In this document: piece by piece, positions 46,752-56,606 of the stretch | Layout: each line of letters opens with the position of its first letter | Position numbering within the stretch: position 1 is the stretch's first letter | NCBI GenBank assembly: GCA_002352465.1 | Contig: DEIN01000008.1 | Coordinates: 564 to 64,563 of the forward strand | Direction: 5' to 3' | DNA length: 64,000 nt | Origin: Patescibacteria group bacterium UBA2773 | GTDB taxonomy: Bacteria; Patescibacteriota; Minisyncoccia; Moranbacterales; DUUL01 | Notes under the pieces: generated by a model | Seen by the model: only the letters and a program-made list of their open reading frames with translations | The model's database searches: none | Told to the model about the DNA's origin: nothing | Program-made: the position numbers and the translations under genes

Positions 46752-48506
46752 CTATTTAGATTTTCGGTAATCGATTATTTTTAGTTGGAGGGTTTTGTTG
46801 CCGTTCCAATTGTTTTGTTCTAGATTGAATAGCAAATCAATTTGCTGGCCGATTTTTAAATCTTGGGAATCTGCTCCCAGACCGAATCCAATGGCTTCAA
46901 AAATTTCAGTGCAGTCATCAGTGCCGACCCAAAGTTTGAGATGCTTATCTTCTTTGCCCAAAAGTTTTTTGTCAATTAGTTTTAAGTTTCGCAACATTAG
47001 AATTGGTAATTCGTTACCTTTTCCGAAAGGTTCCAGCATCAAAAGTTCTTCGCAAAGTTTTTTATTGACTTCTCTCAGTTTCAAGCAGGCGTCAACTGAG
47101 GTAGTTTTCACTATTTTTTTGGTTAGTTTTTTTTCAGCCTCAGCCAAAAAGTCTTTTTTAAATTCTTCAAAATTTTCTTTCAAGAGCGTTAGGCCAGCGG
47201 CTTGATCGTGTCCACCGTATTTTTTCAAGAGTTTTTCTTGATGTTGCAAGGCGTTAACTAAGCTAAAGCCTGGAATAGAACGTCCCGAGCCTCGATAAAC
47301 TGGGCCTTTTTCTTGAAGTAAAATCACTGGCCGAGCAAATTCTTGGGCTAATCTTCCAGCACTTAGTCCAACTATTCCGATTTTCCATTGACTTGATGAT
47401 TTGATGATGACTTTGGGAATTTCAGCTAAAGCGTTTATTTCAGCCTTAACCTTTTTGAGAATATCAGCGGTCACTTTCTGTCGTTGTTTATTCTGATCTT
47501 CAATTTCTTGGGCTAATTCGTTGGCCTTGGCTTCATCTTTTTCTAATAAAAGTTTATAGGCAATGCTAGCGTGGTTCATTCGACCAGCGGCATTAATTCT
47601 GGGTGCGATTTGATAGCCAATTTGATCAGCGGTTGGCAATTCACTTTCCCCGATTTTTATTCGACCAACTTGAAAAAGTTGGCGTAATCCAACTCGTTGG
47701 GTTTTTGACAACACCATCAAGCCAAATTTTACTAAAGTTCGATTTTCATTTATCAACGGAACACAATCAGCCACTGTTCCAATTGCTACTAAGTCTAAAT
47801 ACCATTTCAGTTTTTCTTCGTTAATATTTTTATCTTCAATAGCAATTGCTTGTAAAATTTTAAAAGCTACACCGACTCCAGCTAATTCTCTGAAAGGATA
47901 TTTTTTTTCATTAGGATTTTTGGGATCAATCACTGCTAGAGCTTTTGGCACTTTGCCAATTACATTATGATGATCTGAAATTATTACATCGATATTCTTT
48001 TCGTTAGCGTAATCAACTTCTTCTAGATTAGTAATTCCACAATCGACGGTGATTATCAAAGTCGCACCTTCTTTTTGAATAAAATCAATGGCGGTTTGGT
48101 TCATTCCATAGCCTTCGTCTTCTCGGTTAGGAATATAGCAAAAATTGTCTAATTTCAGTTCATCAGTTAAAAAGGTTGCTAATAAGACCGAAGACGTCAC
48201 ACCATCGGCGTCGTAATCACCAAAAATACAAATTTTCTCTTTATTTTTCTGGGCTTTTAAAATTCTCTGAACCGCTTTTTTCATATCATTCAAAAGAAAC
48301 GGATCGTGCAGATTGCCATTATAATCAGGAATAAAAAAAGCTTCGAGTTCCTGCTCGCTCTTAAAACCTTTTTCTGTTAAAATTTGTTCGGTAGTTGGTT
48401 CTAATTCTGGAAAATAATGTTTATTTTTTTTATTTATTTTTTTAAGCTCCCATTTTTTTTCCATAAAACAATAGAAATCATTCCTGAATATTTTCGTTAA
48501 ATTCAA
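46752..48506 (-). CDS. recJ: Single-stranded-DNA-specific exonuclease RecJ (DHH/DHHA1)
   Basis: FGDYDADGVTS, DHH (ISDHHNV), the DHHA1 GGH motif and a 584-aa length. Confidence 0.8.
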   Translation of the reverse strand: MNLTKIFRNDFYCFMEKKWELKKINKKNKHYFPELEPTTEQILTEKGFKSEQELEAFFIPDYNGNLHDPFLLNDMKKAVQRILKAQKNKEKICIFGDYDADGVTSSVLLATFLTDELKLDNFCYIPNREDEGYGMNQTAIDFIQKEGATLIITVDCGITNLEEVDYANEKNIDVIISDHHNVIGKVPKALAVIDPKNPNEKKYPFRELAGVGVAFKILQAIAIEDKNINEEKLKWYLDLVAIGTVADCVPLINENRTLVKFGLMVLSKTQRVGLRQLFQVGRIKIGESELPTADQIGYQIAPRINAAGRMNHASIAYKLLLEKDEAKANELAQEIEDQNKQRQKVTADILKKVKAEINALAEIPKVIIKSSSQWKIGIVGLSAGRLAQEFARPVILLQEKGPVYRGSGRSIPGFSLVNALQHQEKLLKKYGGHDQAAGLTLLKENFEEFKKDFLAEAEKKLTKKIVKTTSVDACLKLREVNKKLCEELLMLEPFGKGNELPILMLRNLKLIDKKLLGKEDKHLKLWVGTDDCTEIFEAIGFGLGADSQDLKIGQQIDLLFNLEQNNWNGNKTLQLKIIDYRKSK

Positions 48507-48518
48507 GAAAATGTCTTT

Positions 48519-50546
48519 TTAAGAATTATCAATTTTTACTTTGATATCAACCGCTAGTGGTTTTTTTGAACCTTGGTAGAAAAACATCGGGTTGATATCC
48601 AATTCTTTTAGCCAACTATTTTGCCAACCAATTTTGGCTACTTTGTCAATTTCATCAACCAATGAGTCGAGATTTAAATCTTCTTTTTGAAAAATTTTGC
48701 CTAGTTTTGACTTTCTTAAATCTTTCTTAATTTCTGCTTTGCTTACTGGTAAAATCCACAGAAGTTTTTCGTCAAAAATTTCAGTTAAAATTCCTCCAAT
48801 TCCGCAGAGTAAAATTGGTCCAAAATTTGAATCTTTTTTTAATCCGATAATAATCTCAGTTCCTTTTTCAACTTGTTCTTGAATGATGATTTTTTTATTT
48901 TTAAATTTCTTTCGAAGTTTTTTAAGGTTGGTTTTGAATTTGGCGGTTCCTTTTATTCCAGTTTTCACTCCACCTTGAGCCATTTTGTGTAAAAGACCAG
49001 GGTCATCGATTTTCATTACAAGACATTTTGGAATCTTAGAAATTTTAAAATTTTCATCAATTAAAGAAGCTTTCAACGAGTTGACTCCATAATATCGCAT
49101 TAATTCCAAAGACTCTTCGTAAAAGAAAATATTTCTTTTTTCTTCTTGGGCGTTTTTGACAATGCTTCTGATTTTAGCTGAGGCTAGAATATCAAATTTC
49201 AAAGGTTCTTTTTTGTTCTTTTTGGTGATTTTTTGAAATGCTTGAAATTCGCTGATTTTTTCTAAGGCATTGACTGTTTCTTGGGGAAATTGAAAGGCAT
49301 TTTTTATTTTAGCTCCAATCAAAATTGGAATGATTGGAAAAGAGCTTTTGTCTTCAGATTTTTTAATTACTTTTAAGATGTTGTCTACATCAGTTTGGGC
49401 TTGAGGAGTGATAAGCGCCAAAACTGCTCCAATTTTTTTAATTTTAACTAATTCTTTTAGGGAATCTTCGTATCGTGTTGAATCTGCATCACCTAAAATA
49501 TCAATCGGATTTTCAACCGAAGAAGCTCCCGGTAGGGTGACTTTGATGGTTTGTTTTTCTTCGTTGGTAAAATTATAGAAATCAAGAATAGATTTTTTTT
49601 CGATTAAGTCGGTGATAATTACTCCGGGTCCTCCAGCGTTAGTCAAAACGACTAGCTTGTTGTTTTGAGGCAACGGATGATTATTGAACATTTTTAGAGT
49701 TTGCCAAAAAGTAGCGATGTCTTCGAAATATAAAGCTCCAGCGTCTTCAAAAGCCTTCTTTAGCACGTCTATTTCTCCTGCCATTGCTCCAGTGTGGGAC
49801 ATAATGGCCTTCTGAACCTTCTGTGAATTACCAGCCTTTAAAATCAAAACTGGCTTTTTCTGGGTTATTTTTGCTACTGTGTTATAGAATTGTCTTCCTT
49901 TTTTAATGTTCTCTAAATACAGACCGATTACTTTGGTTTTTGGGTCATTGGCTAAATATTCTAGGAAATTAATTTCGTCTAAGATTGTTTTATTTCCCAG
50001 TGAAACAATAGTAGAAAAACCCAAATCTTCTTCTTTGGCCATATCCAATAAACCGGTGATGAAAGCTCCTGATTGAGAAATCAAACCGACATTTCCAGCT
50101 AAAACTTTTTTTTTCGCAAAGGAAGCGTTGATATTTTTATGGGTATTAATGAAGCCTAAACAATTTGGTCCAAGAATATTCAAATCATTTTCTTCGGCAA
50201 TCTTTTTTATTAACAGTTCTCTTTTTTGCCCATCCTTTCCACTTTCAGCGAAACCAGCTGAAATTATTATAATATTTTTGATTTTTTTGGCAATACAATC
50301 GTCTAAAATTGGTAAAATCAAGAAAGCTGGCAAAGCAATGATTGCCAAATCAACTTTTTCTTTAATTTCTAAGACTGATTCATGAACTTTTAGTCCTTCG
50401 ATGATTTTATGGCGAAGATTAATTGGAAAAATTGATCCAGTATATTTTTTATTTTTGAGGTTTTTAACTAGAATATTTCCTATTTTTCCTTTTTTGTCTG
50501 AAGCACCAACAACTGCAATGCTTCTGGGACTTAGCATCTTTTCCAT
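48519..50546 (-). CDS. Acetate--CoA ligase (ADP-forming), fused alpha/beta subunits
   Basis: The N-terminal CoA-binding motif is PRSIAVVGASDKKGKIGN. Succinyl-CoA-synthetase-like flavodoxin and ATP-grasp domains follow. The product is 675 aa. Confidence 0.75.
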   Translation of the reverse strand: MEKMLSPRSIAVVGASDKKGKIGNILVKNLKNKKYTGSIFPINLRHKIIEGLKVHESVLEIKEKVDLAIIALPAFLILPILDDCIAKKIKNIIIISAGFAESGKDGQKRELLIKKIAEENDLNILGPNCLGFINTHKNINASFAKKKVLAGNVGLISQSGAFITGLLDMAKEEDLGFSTIVSLGNKTILDEINFLEYLANDPKTKVIGLYLENIKKGRQFYNTVAKITQKKPVLILKAGNSQKVQKAIMSHTGAMAGEIDVLKKAFEDAGALYFEDIATFWQTLKMFNNHPLPQNNKLVVLTNAGGPGVIITDLIEKKSILDFYNFTNEEKQTIKVTLPGASSVENPIDILGDADSTRYEDSLKELVKIKKIGAVLALITPQAQTDVDNILKVIKKSEDKSSFPIIPILIGAKIKNAFQFPQETVNALEKISEFQAFQKITKKNKKEPLKFDILASAKIRSIVKNAQEEKRNIFFYEESLELMRYYGVNSLKASLIDENFKISKIPKCLVMKIDDPGLLHKMAQGGVKTGIKGTAKFKTNLKKLRKKFKNKKIIIQEQVEKGTEIIIGLKKDSNFGPILLCGIGGILTEIFDEKLLWILPVSKAEIKKDLRKSKLGKIFQKEDLNLDSLVDEIDKVAKIGWQNSWLKELDINPMFFYQGSKKPLAVDIKVKIDNS

Positions 50547-50562
50547 TTTTTTTTGAGATTAT

Positions 50563-51570
50563 TTAAATTTTTTCTATTTTTTCAATTAAAGTTTTTTCTT
50601 GGTTTACCATTTCTTTTTTAGTCAGCAAACCTTTGGTGGCTCCAATTTTAGTTAGGACTTCTCCGCTATTGACAATCCCCCAAGCTAAACTTTTTTTAAT
50701 ATCGGTACTTTCAATGTAGCTAGCTAGAAATCCGCTAGTAAAAGCATCTCCTGCTCCAACCGTTTCAATTTTTTTAGTCTTGTTCACTTCTAAATGAAAA
50801 CTGTCAATGTCTTTGCGAATATAGGCTCCATTAGCACCATCGGTAATTACAACATTTTTAAAACCTAAATTTTTAATTTCTTGAAGTAAATTTAATGGAG
50901 TGTCTTTGAATTTCACTTCAAGATTCTGAAGAATTTCAATCGCTTCATCTCGATTAAGAAAGATTATTTCAAATTCTTTAAAATATTTGACTAATTCATT
51001 GATGTCATTTTCAATTTGATAACTGCTTGGAACAAAAGCTAATTTGGCTTTTTTATTATGAGCAAATTTGATAATTTCTTCCATTTTTTCTAAGGAATTT
51101 TTTTTCTGAGATCCAACATAGATCCAGTCAACTTTTTCTCTGAATTTGTTTAAGGCTTTTTTCAGATCAAATTCTTCGACTGAATCTCCAGTTCTTAAAA
51201 TAGTGTGATCAAGATGTTCTCGATCAGATATTATGGCAGAAATTGAACTGGGAGTGGCTCCTCGGCATTGTAGATAATTTTTTTTTATTTTCAATTTTCC
51301 AATTTTTTTTTCAATCCACTTCCCTACTTCGCCTTTGGCAGTTCGAGCAAAGACAAAACTTTTAATTCCGGCTAAATTTAATCCGGCTGCAACATTAACC
51401 GCGCTTCCACCAACTTCCTCAATTAAATTTTCAGCGTATATCTTTGCTCCAAATTCAAAAGACATCATCTTCTTTTCGGTTAGACTTTCTTTATTTTCAG
51501 TAATTTTAGTTTTATCCAAAACAATGAAAATGTCCTTAGCAGCCGATCCGATGCAAATTACTTTTTTCAT
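50563..51570 (-). CDS. PfkB-family carbohydrate/ribokinase-like kinase
   Basis: The N-terminal GSAAKDIF and the C-terminal VGAGDAFTSGF are PfkB signatures. Confidence 0.7.
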   Translation of the reverse strand: MKKVICIGSAAKDIFIVLDKTKITENKESLTEKKMMSFEFGAKIYAENLIEEVGGSAVNVAAGLNLAGIKSFVFARTAKGEVGKWIEKKIGKLKIKKNYLQCRGATPSSISAIISDREHLDHTILRTGDSVEEFDLKKALNKFREKVDWIYVGSQKKNSLEKMEEIIKFAHNKKAKLAFVPSSYQIENDINELVKYFKEFEIIFLNRDEAIEILQNLEVKFKDTPLNLLQEIKNLGFKNVVITDGANGAYIRKDIDSFHLEVNKTKKIETVGAGDAFTSGFLASYIESTDIKKSLAWGIVNSGEVLTKIGATKGLLTKKEMVNQEKTLIEKIEKI

Positions 51571-51597
51571 TTTTAGTGAATTATTGTTTATGAGATT

Positions 51598-52650
51598 TTA
51601 TTCTAGTGCTTTGAGTCCAGGGAGTTCTTTTCCAGCTAAAAAATCCAGCATTGCTCCGCCACTCATGGACATATAGTCAAAATCTTCTGGATTGGTAAAA
51701 TAATTTACAGCAGCGACCGTCTCTCCTCCTCCGACTAATTTAAAAGCTTTTTTATTTTCAGTAATGGCTTTGGCGACGGCTTTTGTTCCTAAGGCACAAT
51801 CTCCTCTTTCGAACATTCCTAGTGGACCATTCCAGATGATTGTCTTGGCTTGGTTAATTTTATCAATAAACATTGTTCGAGTTTTTTCGCCAATATCTAG
51901 TCTGGCTTCACTCTCTGATTTTGGTGAAAAATCAATTGGTAAAAAAACATTTTCTGGAAAACTTATTATTTTGTCCAAGGCTTCGTTGGCGGTTTTTCCA
52001 GCAACTAAGACGGAATCATATTCTTTGGCTAAAGTTTCAATAACCGGTAATTTAGTTTTGATTTTAGCTCCGCCGATTATGGCAACAGCTGGTCTTTTAG
52101 GATTGTATTTTACTATCTCTAGATTTCGGACTTCTTCGGCTAATAATTTGCCAGCGCATCTTTCTTTACAGAATTCAGGAAATTTTGTTAAAGAAGCATG
52201 ATTTCTGTGACAAACCGAAAAGGCATTATTGACATAAACATCGAAACCACTGGCAATTTTTTCAGCAAAAAGATCATTTGATTCTTTTTCTTCTTTCCAG
52301 AAACGAATATTCTCTAAAATCGCTAATTCAGTTGTTTGATTTTCTTTAACTACTTTAATATCTTCAATATCTTTTATTAATTCGACATCAAGTCCTAAAT
52401 ATTCTTCTAATTTTTTTTGCACTGGTTTCATTGAGAATTTTTCATTAAATTTACCGTTGGGTCTTCCGAGATGGGAAACTAACAAAATAAATTTAGCTTG
52501 ATTTTCTAAAATTTTTCTAATGGTTCCTAAGGAAAATTCTATTTTATCATCTTCTTCATCGGTTAAGGTCTTGCCTTCCATTGGGACATTGTAATCACAA
52601 CGAATTAGAACGCTTTTACCAGTAAAATCAATATCTTCAATTGTTTTCAT
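51598..52650 (-). CDS. pgk: Phosphoglycerate kinase
   Basis: RCDYNVP, SHLGRP and the GGGETVAAV motifs. Confidence 0.85.
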   Translation of the reverse strand: MKTIEDIDFTGKSVLIRCDYNVPMEGKTLTDEEDDKIEFSLGTIRKILENQAKFILLVSHLGRPNGKFNEKFSMKPVQKKLEEYLGLDVELIKDIEDIKVVKENQTTELAILENIRFWKEEKESNDLFAEKIASGFDVYVNNAFSVCHRNHASLTKFPEFCKERCAGKLLAEEVRNLEIVKYNPKRPAVAIIGGAKIKTKLPVIETLAKEYDSVLVAGKTANEALDKIISFPENVFLPIDFSPKSESEARLDIGEKTRTMFIDKINQAKTIIWNGPLGMFERGDCALGTKAVAKAITENKKAFKLVGGGETVAAVNYFTNPEDFDYMSMSGGAMLDFLAGKELPGLKALE

Positions 52651-53752
52651 ATTTTTTTAAAAAAATTTTATATTTATTTTCAACTTCTTCTTTTATTTTA
52701 ACCTTAAATATCTTTTCCGAAAAGCCCATTGCAGTTTTTCTAATATATTTAGAATCAAAATTGGTTTTTTTAAATTTCTTTAGAGCTTCTTTCAAAGAGT
52801 TTTCGGTTTGATTTTCAAAAAATATTCCAGTTTTACCATCTTCAACGTGTTCAACAATATCACCAGCTCTGAAAGCCACAATTGGTCGACCACTGGCCAA
52901 GGCTTCAATGGCAACAATTCCAAAATCTTCTTCTTGGGGAAAAATAAAAGCCTGAGCTTTAGAATAAACTTCTCGCAATTTTTTTTCAGAAACTCGACCT
53001 AAAAATTCAATGGTTGGTCCAGCTATTTTTTTTAAATTTTTTAATTCAATTCCTCTTCCGATTATTTTAAGAGGAAGTTTTAAATCATTGCAAACTTTAA
53101 TTACTAGATCTGTTTTTTTGTATTTCATCATTCGGCCAGTTACTAAAAAGTAATTCCCAAGTTCTTTCTTTGGCGTTATATAGAATTTATCAACTTTTAC
53201 TGGAGGGTTAATGACAATTGATTTTCGTTGATAATATTTTTTAATTCGTCCTTGAACAAATTTGGAGTTGGCAATGAAATAATCTACGCCATTAGAAGAG
53301 AAATAATCCCAAACTCGAATATAATTCATTAAGAAAGGCACAATTTTTTTGAGCCAGTTTGGAAATCCAAATTCTTGAGTGTAGTGTTGACAATCGTCCC
53401 AAGCATAGCGCATCGGGGTGTGACAGTAGCAAATATGCAAAGTTTTGGGTGAAGTTATGATGTTTTTGGCAAAGCTAGAGGAATCAGAAAGTACTAAATC
53501 GTAATAATCCAAATTAAATTCCTCAATGGCATTCATCATCAAGGGTGGGAAAAGCCGATGATATTTTTTGGCGAAGGGAACTTTTTGTAAAAATGAAGTT
53601 CTTACATTTTTATTTTTAAATCTTGGAAATTTTTGGTCGTTATAAAGGATTGTATAGATTGGGGCATCAGGCCAAATTTCAGTCAAGCATTGTAGAACTC
53701 TTTCAGCTCCACCGTTTTGAACTAAATAATCGTGAACTAGAGCGATTTTCAT
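52637..53752 (-). CDS. Glycosyltransferase family 4
   Basis: EDFGIVAIEALASGRPIVAF is the GT4 E-x7-E region. The product is 371 aa. Confidence 0.75.
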   Translation of the reverse strand: MKIALVHDYLVQNGGAERVLQCLTEIWPDAPIYTILYNDQKFPRFKNKNVRTSFLQKVPFAKKYHRLFPPLMMNAIEEFNLDYYDLVLSDSSSFAKNIITSPKTLHICYCHTPMRYAWDDCQHYTQEFGFPNWLKKIVPFLMNYIRVWDYFSSNGVDYFIANSKFVQGRIKKYYQRKSIVINPPVKVDKFYITPKKELGNYFLVTGRMMKYKKTDLVIKVCNDLKLPLKIIGRGIELKNLKKIAGPTIEFLGRVSEKKLREVYSKAQAFIFPQEEDFGIVAIEALASGRPIVAFRAGDIVEHVEDGKTGIFFENQTENSLKEALKKFKKTNFDSKYIRKTAMGFSEKIFKVKIKEEVENKYKIFLKKYENN

Positions 53753-53794
53753 TGTTTTATTTATGATTTTTATTCTCTTGGTTGTTAACCAGCT

Positions 53795-54682
53795 TTATTT
53801 TTTATCACGTTTCCAAAGCTCAGCTACAAAAACGGTGGCAACAAAAATCGAGGAATAGGTTCCGAATAAAATTCCGATTAATAGAGCCAATGAGAAATAT
53901 TTAATAGTTTCTCCTCCAAAAAATATCACTGATAATAAAACAAAAACAACTGTCAAGGAAGTATTTAAGGAACGAGCGATACTTTCTCTAATTGATTTAT
54001 TAATTGTTCCTTCGAAATTTTTTCCTGCTCCGTAGCGTAATAAATTTTCTCTAATTCGGTCGAAAATAACAATGGTATCATTGACGCTGTATCCAAAAAT
54101 AGTTAGCAAAGCAGCCACAAAAGGAATTCCAACTTCAATTCCATAAAATCTGCCGAAGAAAGCAAAAAATCCTAAAGTAATAATGATATCATGCACTAAA
54201 GCTAGAATTGCTCCTAGGCCATACTTCCAACTATTGATGGGATAAGAAATTTTTCGAAAAGCCCAGGCGATATACCAAGTAATTCCCATAATCGAAACAA
54301 TTACAGCATAGAAAGCATTCCTTTTTAATTCTGAAGAAACCAAAGAGCTGATGAATTCTGTTCTTAAAATTTCTGTTTCTGGATATTTTTCTTTTAAAAG
54401 TTCTTCCACTTTTGGATTAATTTTATTTTGTTCGGATTGATAACGGATAATAAAAGAATTATTTTCAGCCGGTTGAATTAATAGACTTGGAAGTTCAAGT
54501 TCTTTGACTAATTTTCTAACTTCATCTTTGGAGACTTCTTGTTGAAATTTAACTTCACTCAAAACTCCTCCCGTAAAATCAATACCCAACTTCAATCCCC
54601 ACATTGCAATAAAAACTACGCTAGTAATGATAAGTAGACTAGAAAGTAAGAATGAATATTTTCTTTTTTCAATTATTTTCAT
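53795..54682 (-). CDS. secF: Protein translocase subunit SecF
   Basis: The N-terminal GIDFTGG motif is followed by 6 transmembrane segments. The product is 295 aa. Confidence 0.75.
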   Translation of the reverse strand: MKIIEKRKYSFLLSSLLIITSVVFIAMWGLKLGIDFTGGVLSEVKFQQEVSKDEVRKLVKELELPSLLIQPAENNSFIIRYQSEQNKINPKVEELLKEKYPETEILRTEFISSLVSSELKRNAFYAVIVSIMGITWYIAWAFRKISYPINSWKYGLGAILALVHDIIITLGFFAFFGRFYGIEVGIPFVAALLTIFGYSVNDTIVIFDRIRENLLRYGAGKNFEGTINKSIRESIARSLNTSLTVVFVLLSVIFFGGETIKYFSLALLIGILFGTYSSIFVATVFVAELWKRDKK

Positions 54683-54952
54683 TTATTTTTTTATTTAATA
54701 AAAATGTCATTTCTATCGTTTTTAGCGGCATTTTTCAAAAACGACGCCTTAAAAAATCATCTCTAAAAAGGATACTTTTAATTATAGCTAATTTAAAATG
54801 ATTCGGCTAGTCTTTATGGGACTGTGTCCAATCACAGTTTTGTGACGAAATTTTCTAGTTTTGAGATAAATTTTTTTAAAATTTTTGATAAATTTAGCCA
54901 AAAATAGAAAATTGTAGTAAAAAGGGTGATTGGATACGGTCCCTTTGTGGAT

Positions 54953-55459
54953 TTAATTTGATTTATCTAGCATTTCTATTTTTCTCGATTGCTGTCGACA
55001 TAGAGCCACTGCCAAAGCATCAGCGGCATCATCCGGTTGGGGAATTTTTTTTAGTTTTAAAATATTTTGAACCATTATTTGAACTTGTTTTTTTTCGGCT
55101 CGTCCATAGCCAGTCAAGGCTTGTTTGATTTGCAAGGGAGTATATTCAAAAACTGGAATTTTTTTTTCGGCCGGAATTAATAATAGCACTCCTCGTGCTT
55201 GAGCAACTTTGATGGCGGTTTTAAGATTTTTGAAAAAGAAAAGATCTTCAACGGCTACTTCATTTGGTTGATAGGTATCCAGAACTTGTCTTAAATCTCG
55301 AGCAATCTCTACTAAGCGATTGACGTCCGAATGAGTTTTGGGGGTTTCGATACAACCATAGGCAATCAAAACTGGTTCGCCTTTTTTTTCTTCAATCAAG
55401 CCCCAACCGGTTATGGCTGTGCCGGGATCGATGCCGAGGATTTTAATGTTTTTAGCCAT
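54953..55459 (-). CDS. ruvC: Crossover junction endodeoxyribonuclease RuvC
   Basis: ILGIDPGTAITGWGLIE is the RNase H-like fold start. The product is 168 aa. Confidence 0.85.
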   Translation of the reverse strand: MAKNIKILGIDPGTAITGWGLIEEKKGEPVLIAYGCIETPKTHSDVNRLVEIARDLRQVLDTYQPNEVAVEDLFFFKNLKTAIKVAQARGVLLLIPAEKKIPVFEYTPLQIKQALTGYGRAEKKQVQIMVQNILKLKKIPQPDDAADALAVALCRQQSRKIEMLDKSN

Positions 55460-55688
55460 AAATTAGAGACCATAGTTTAATAAAAAAAATGAATTTTAAC
55501 CCTAACATTCAACATTTAATAGTCAAAATTCATTCAATAATAAAATCTTTTAATACTCAATTGTTGAGTATTGATAAATTAAATATTGAATGAATGTTGA
55601 TTATTGTAGATTGATTATTTATTTGAATTTTAAAGTTTTTTAACATTCTTTACGAACTTTCAACTTTATAAACTTTCAACCTTAAAAA

Positions 55689-56405
55689 CTAACTAAGATT
55701 ATCATAAACCTCCACCACATCCTCTTGCTCTTCAACTTTATTAACAAAATTAGAATAAGCCTCCAACTCCTGATCACTAATTTCCAAAACATTTTGAGGA
55801 AGATATGGGGTGGTAGCTTCTGTTATTTTTAATCCAGCTTTTTCTAGATATTCTTTGATTGCTTGGAGTTTTTGAAAGGGGGTGAAAATAATTAATTTGC
55901 CATCTTTGTTTAGAAAATCGTCGGCACCAGATTCGATAATGATTTCTTCTAATTCATCTTCATCTTTGTCAATTTCGGAGATAACTAATTTTCCTACTTG
56001 ATCAAACTGCCAGCTAATACTACCGCCTTCAACCATCTTGCCACCATTTTTTGTTAAATAGGTTCTGACTTCTGATAAAGTTCGATTTTTATTATCACTC
56101 ACCGCTCGAATCAACATTGCCACTTGATTAGGACTGTAGGCTTCAAAAAGATATTCTTCTAATTTTGCTCCATCTTTCAAAGCTCCGCTTCCTCTTCTGA
56201 TGGCATTAGCAATATTGTCTTTAGGCATATTAGCTGACCGGGCTTTATCGACGGCCATTTTAAGTTGAAAATTATATTCTGGATCAGCTCCATTGGCAGC
56301 AGCTAAAATTATTTCTTTGGAAATCATTGAAAATATTTTGGAGCGTTTGGCATCGGTTGCCGCTTTTTTATTTTTAATTTTTGACCATTTATTGTGTCCA
56401 GACAT
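55689..56405 (-). CDS. YebC/PmpR-family transcriptional regulator
   Basis: MSGHNKWSKIKNKKAATDAKRSKIF is the canonical YebC N-terminus. Confidence 0.9.
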   Translation of the reverse strand: MSGHNKWSKIKNKKAATDAKRSKIFSMISKEIILAAANGADPEYNFQLKMAVDKARSANMPKDNIANAIRRGSGALKDGAKLEEYLFEAYSPNQVAMLIRAVSDNKNRTLSEVRTYLTKNGGKMVEGGSISWQFDQVGKLVISEIDKDEDELEEIIIESGADDFLNKDGKLIIFTPFQKLQAIKEYLEKAGLKITEATTPYLPQNVLEISDQELEAYSNFVNKVEEQEDVVEVYDNLS

Positions 56406-56606
56406 GAGCTATAAAGTTAATGTTTTATTCTATAAATTTTATTTTAATCTTTGTTAATGATTTTTTCAAGAGAGATTACTGGCAAATTTTTAATTTTTAA
56501 TTTATAAACTCGATGTTTTAAAATTTGTTATTGAAAATTTAATATTGTTTACAAATTATAAATTATAAATTTAAAAAATTTATATCTTGTTCTTTAAATT
56601 TCTAAT

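Noticed and set aside
53795-54952. Expected secD immediately upstream of secF
   Set aside because: The 270-bp spacer upstream of secF has no ORF. secD is either elsewhere or absent, so I did not call it.
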